Positions 17,349 through 20,000 of a stretch of DNA of 20,000 nucleotides are shown here, one piece after another. Position 1 is the stretch's first letter. Every line of letters begins with the position of its first letter. The stretch lies in NCBI GenBank assembly GCA_963976765.1, contig CAXBME010000008.1, positions 235,460 to 255,459 on the forward strand, read 5' to 3'. Under the pieces are notes generated by a model. It saw only the letters and a list, made by a program, of their open reading frames with translations, was not told the DNA's origin and ran no database searches. This DNA comes from an uncultured Planctomycetaceae bacterium. GTDB lineage: Bacteria; Planctomycetota; Planctomycetia; Planctomycetales; Planctomycetaceae. The translations under genes and the position numbers were made by a program.

Positions 17349-19187
17349 GTGTCTGATATCCAAGCCTCACTTCCCGCCGCTCTACCAAATCTCCGCACTC
17401 GGGCATCTGAAGACGCGCAAAGCTTAAAACTGTTCACAGAAGCCGAGCAGCTTGCCCTGTCATTATTCGATCTGACGAAGCCGACCCGCATGATGATTCC
17501 GTTTTTCACGGATCACACGATCAGCCATATGCAGCGGGTCGAGGAGACACTGGATCGAATGATTTATGGCAATGTGACCGACCAGGGTGCATTCGAACCA
17601 ACTCCGATTGAAGCGGCGTTTCTCCTGTCAGCGGTGTGGCTTCATGACATCGGAATGGTGTACGGAATCTACGAAAACGAGCGATCTACGAATGGCGGAG
17701 ATGTCGACTGGGATTTGCTCAGAACTCAGCATGAGGAGCGGGCATCCCGCTACATTCAAGAGTTTTGGCAGGACAACTGCAGTTGGTCAAAGTATCAGAA
17801 AATTCAGCTTGCTGAGGTGTGCATTCATCATCGCCGAAAGCACCGCTTGGAGTCTTTTCAGCCGGTTGTAATCCGGAACCACAATGGTGGTGCTCCAATC
17901 CGTCTTCGAGAATTGGCGGCGCTACTGCGGCTTGCTGATGCCTGCCACATTGACGACACGAGAACCCCAGAGTTCATGAGAAATATTTATGACTCTGTTG
18001 GTATGCCAGTTGAGTCAAAGAAGCACTGGGGATCGTCCTTTCTGATCGAGTCGATCCTATTTTCCTCGCAGAAAAAAGAGATCACTCTTTCCTGTTGGAT
18101 TCCCAAAGTACAACAGTACGGTACGGCCATTGTTGACTTCTCAACTCTTGTCGAAAGTGTCGCACACGGGCTGCGTGATGAGTTAGATACAGTCATCCCC
18201 TACCTTGCGCCGTACAGTAATGTTGACTTCAAATCCGTCGTTGTGAGCGCAGTAAGCCCAGACGCGATGTCAAACACGACTCATTACGTTCGAAAAGCGT
18301 GGCCGAATCTCATCTCGATGTGTAGCAGTAGTGGGAGTGAGACAGCCTCAATGGTCGCTGCTGTCGTTATGGCCGCAGCGACCCATCAAGCTGAGATGCC
18401 TCGGACGGAAGTAGAGGAAATTCTCGATTACTCAGTACGACTGCATCCATACAATTTGCTCGTTCGTGCAATCGCCCATGACGTTCGAGTTGTAATGGAT
18501 TCTCAAGGGGCTACCGCTCGACAACTGGCAGAGTGCAAACAGAATTATCTCCTTGGCCGGGAAGCGAAAAGCAATCAAGTTGCAGCACTGGCCAAGACTG
18601 AGATTGATGCAAACGACCTTTTAGTAGTATATGGGTACAGTCATGCAGTTATGACCTTGATTTCCGAACACCTGATTGGGCGGCGAAACAAGATTGCGAT
18701 TGTGCCAGCTCCGGGATCAAACGCAAGTACACTAACTCCAGATGAAACCGCACGTATCCAAGAGAAGGTAAAAGCGAGCGGCCTTCCGTATATGCTCGTC
18801 GAAATGGCGAACCTATCCGAGATCTTTTCACGCTTTAAGGCGCAGAATCAGCCATTCAAGGTGTTACTTGGCACACACGGAGTGTTCAACGGCGGAGATT
18901 CCCTTTGCACTGTTGGAAGCTCAATGGTTGCAGTAGCTGCAAAGGCGCAGGGAGGGCGAGTACTTATCCTTGCAGAGCCCGACAAACGCGTCACGGATGC
19001 TGAGACCAAATCGGCAATGGAGCGGTTGCTTGCACAGAACGACGAATTTCTGATCTCATCAGAAGTTTGGGAGAGGAATTCGTATCGTGCTACGGTTCCG
19101 GTTGATTGCCTCACACCCGAGATGTATGACGAGATTATCGGCGTGGCTGACCCATTGAGTCGTCAGGAAGTCGTGGAATCTCATTAG
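17349..19187 (+). CDS. HD-domain phosphohydrolase (HD-CE-like) fused to an eIF2B/ribose-1,5-bisphosphate-isomerase-like domain
   Basis: GTG at 17349 with GAAGGA RBS. HD motifs FTDHTISHMQRV, AVWLHDIGM, CIHH and LAALLRLAD. C-terminal motifs LLVVYGYSHAV, VLLGTHGV..GG...TVGSSMVAVAAK...VLILAE..K and VDCLTPEMYDEII. Confidence 0.8.
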   Translation: MSDIQASLPAALPNLRTRASEDAQSLKLFTEAEQLALSLFDLTKPTRMMIPFFTDHTISHMQRVEETLDRMIYGNVTDQGAFEPTPIEAAFLLSAVWLHDIGMVYGIYENERSTNGGDVDWDLLRTQHEERASRYIQEFWQDNCSWSKYQKIQLAEVCIHHRRKHRLESFQPVVIRNHNGGAPIRLRELAALLRLADACHIDDTRTPEFMRNIYDSVGMPVESKKHWGSSFLIESILFSSQKKEITLSCWIPKVQQYGTAIVDFSTLVESVAHGLRDELDTVIPYLAPYSNVDFKSVVVSAVSPDAMSNTTHYVRKAWPNLISMCSSSGSETASMVAAVVMAAATHQAEMPRTEVEEILDYSVRLHPYNLLVRAIAHDVRVVMDSQGATARQLAECKQNYLLGREAKSNQVAALAKTEIDANDLLVVYGYSHAVMTLISEHLIGRRNKIAIVPAPGSNASTLTPDETARIQEKVKASGLPYMLVEMANLSEIFSRFKAQNQPFKVLLGTHGVFNGGDSLCTVGSSMVAVAAKAQGGRVLILAEPDKRVTDAETKSAMERLLAQNDEFLISSEVWERNSYRATVPVDCLTPEMYDEIIGVADPLSRQEVVESH

Positions 19188-19503
19188 TTGCTAACACCCT
19201 TGGGAAATCGATCAACGCCCGTTCCACACGATCTTGAAGCTCGCCATTTTCGCTGTTGATGTTGTACCGATATTGGGCGATGCCATTTTGCTGTACGAGT
19301 AGATCTGTGATCGACAGTTGACGGCAGATGGTCAACACTATTCGATGAGGAAGGTTAAGCTGGTCTGCAATCTGTTGAGTGGCAAAAGCGTCTCGGTGAC
19401 GATGGAACAGAAATTGGATGACGTGGAATGCAGCTTCGCTCGTAGGCATGCCATTTCCATCGATCGGAAATGCTGTTCGACCGATTCGTGGCGTTGTGTT
19501 CAT
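19135..19503 (-). CDS. Small putative winged helix-turn-helix protein
   Basis: AAGGA RBS upstream of the ATG. HTH-like FATQQIADQLNLPHRIVLTICRQLSITDLL followed by a wing-like QQNGIAQYRY. Confidence 0.55.
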   Translation of the reverse strand: MNTTPRIGRTAFPIDGNGMPTSEAAFHVIQFLFHRHRDAFATQQIADQLNLPHRIVLTICRQLSITDLLVQQNGIAQYRYNINSENGELQDRVERALIDFPRVLATNEIPRLPDDSMGQPRR

Positions 19504-19800
19504 GGTAGCATCCTTGCATGGTCACTCGTTGTGTTACTATGGCATCATGCCAAGTTGTTCGTATCGGGCGTTGAATCCCCCAAGCATTAACCGAATAGAT
19601 GATTTGCGCAAGCTTTTTCGTTTACACCTAAAATTGACCATTGGAATGTTAAGGATGCAAAGGGGTGGGGGTGAATCATATGCACGTATGCCGATTCGAG
19701 TTGACCTAATCGAAGCTGAGCCTTCGCCTCAGCTCCCTATTCCAATCCTGTAGTCCACCCAAAAAAAGTTCTAACGGTGTCCTGTCATCCCGACCTCAGG

Positions 19801-19998
19801 TCAGAGTCCTTTCCAGTAAGGATTCTGGCCTTTTTTCGTTGGATTCTCGTCAGTTTCGGTTTCTTGAATCTGTTCAGGATTGAAGTTTTCCATATTGCCT
19901 GGACTGACAGGATATGACACGGTTTGTCCCTGCTCGCCAGCATATGGATATTGTCCCACGCCGTGTAGAAAGTTCCGGTGACGGCGGGTTGATAGATT
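19801..19998 (-). CDS. Possible 3' end of a gene entering from the right edge
   Basis: Frame is open from the window edge to the TGA at 19801-19803 (...ETDENPTKKGQNPYWKGL*). No recognisable motif. Confidence 0.3.
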   Translation of the reverse strand, partial: NLSTRRHRNFLHGVGQYPYAGEQGQTVSYPVSPGNMENFNPEQIQETETDENPTKKGQNPYWKGL

Positions 19999-20000
19999 CA

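Noticed and set aside
19318..19753. Plus-strand ORFs 19318-19590 and 19418-19753
   Set aside because: They overlap the better-supported wHTH gene on the opposite strand and have no protein-like features.

Overview
This window looks like part of a low-copy plasmid (or integrated plasmid) from a probable Planctomycetota host. The host is inferred from planctomycete-type N-terminal leaders on two secreted proteins. From left to right it holds: (i) a hairpin-rich element followed by a translationally coupled operon of small genes with an orphan amino-DNA methyltransferase, resembling a plasmid leading/establishment region; (ii) a repeat-rich centromere-like region and a type Ib parA plus ribbon-helix-helix partition pair; (iii) a convergent RPA-family replication initiator with a complete iteron origin (7 iterons, 2 DnaA boxes, AT-rich TAACAC repeats); (iv) two divergent large Ca-binding RTX-repeat surface proteins, one with an internal propeller-like domain and one with 7 FG-GAP repeats; (v) an HD phosphohydrolase fused to an eIF2B/R15P-isomerase-like domain, convergent with a small winged-helix gene. 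The HD fusion is the most novel-looking element, a candidate sugar-phosphate-sensing conflict/defence or signalling enzyme. All family calls come from motif recognition by eye; no database searches were run.
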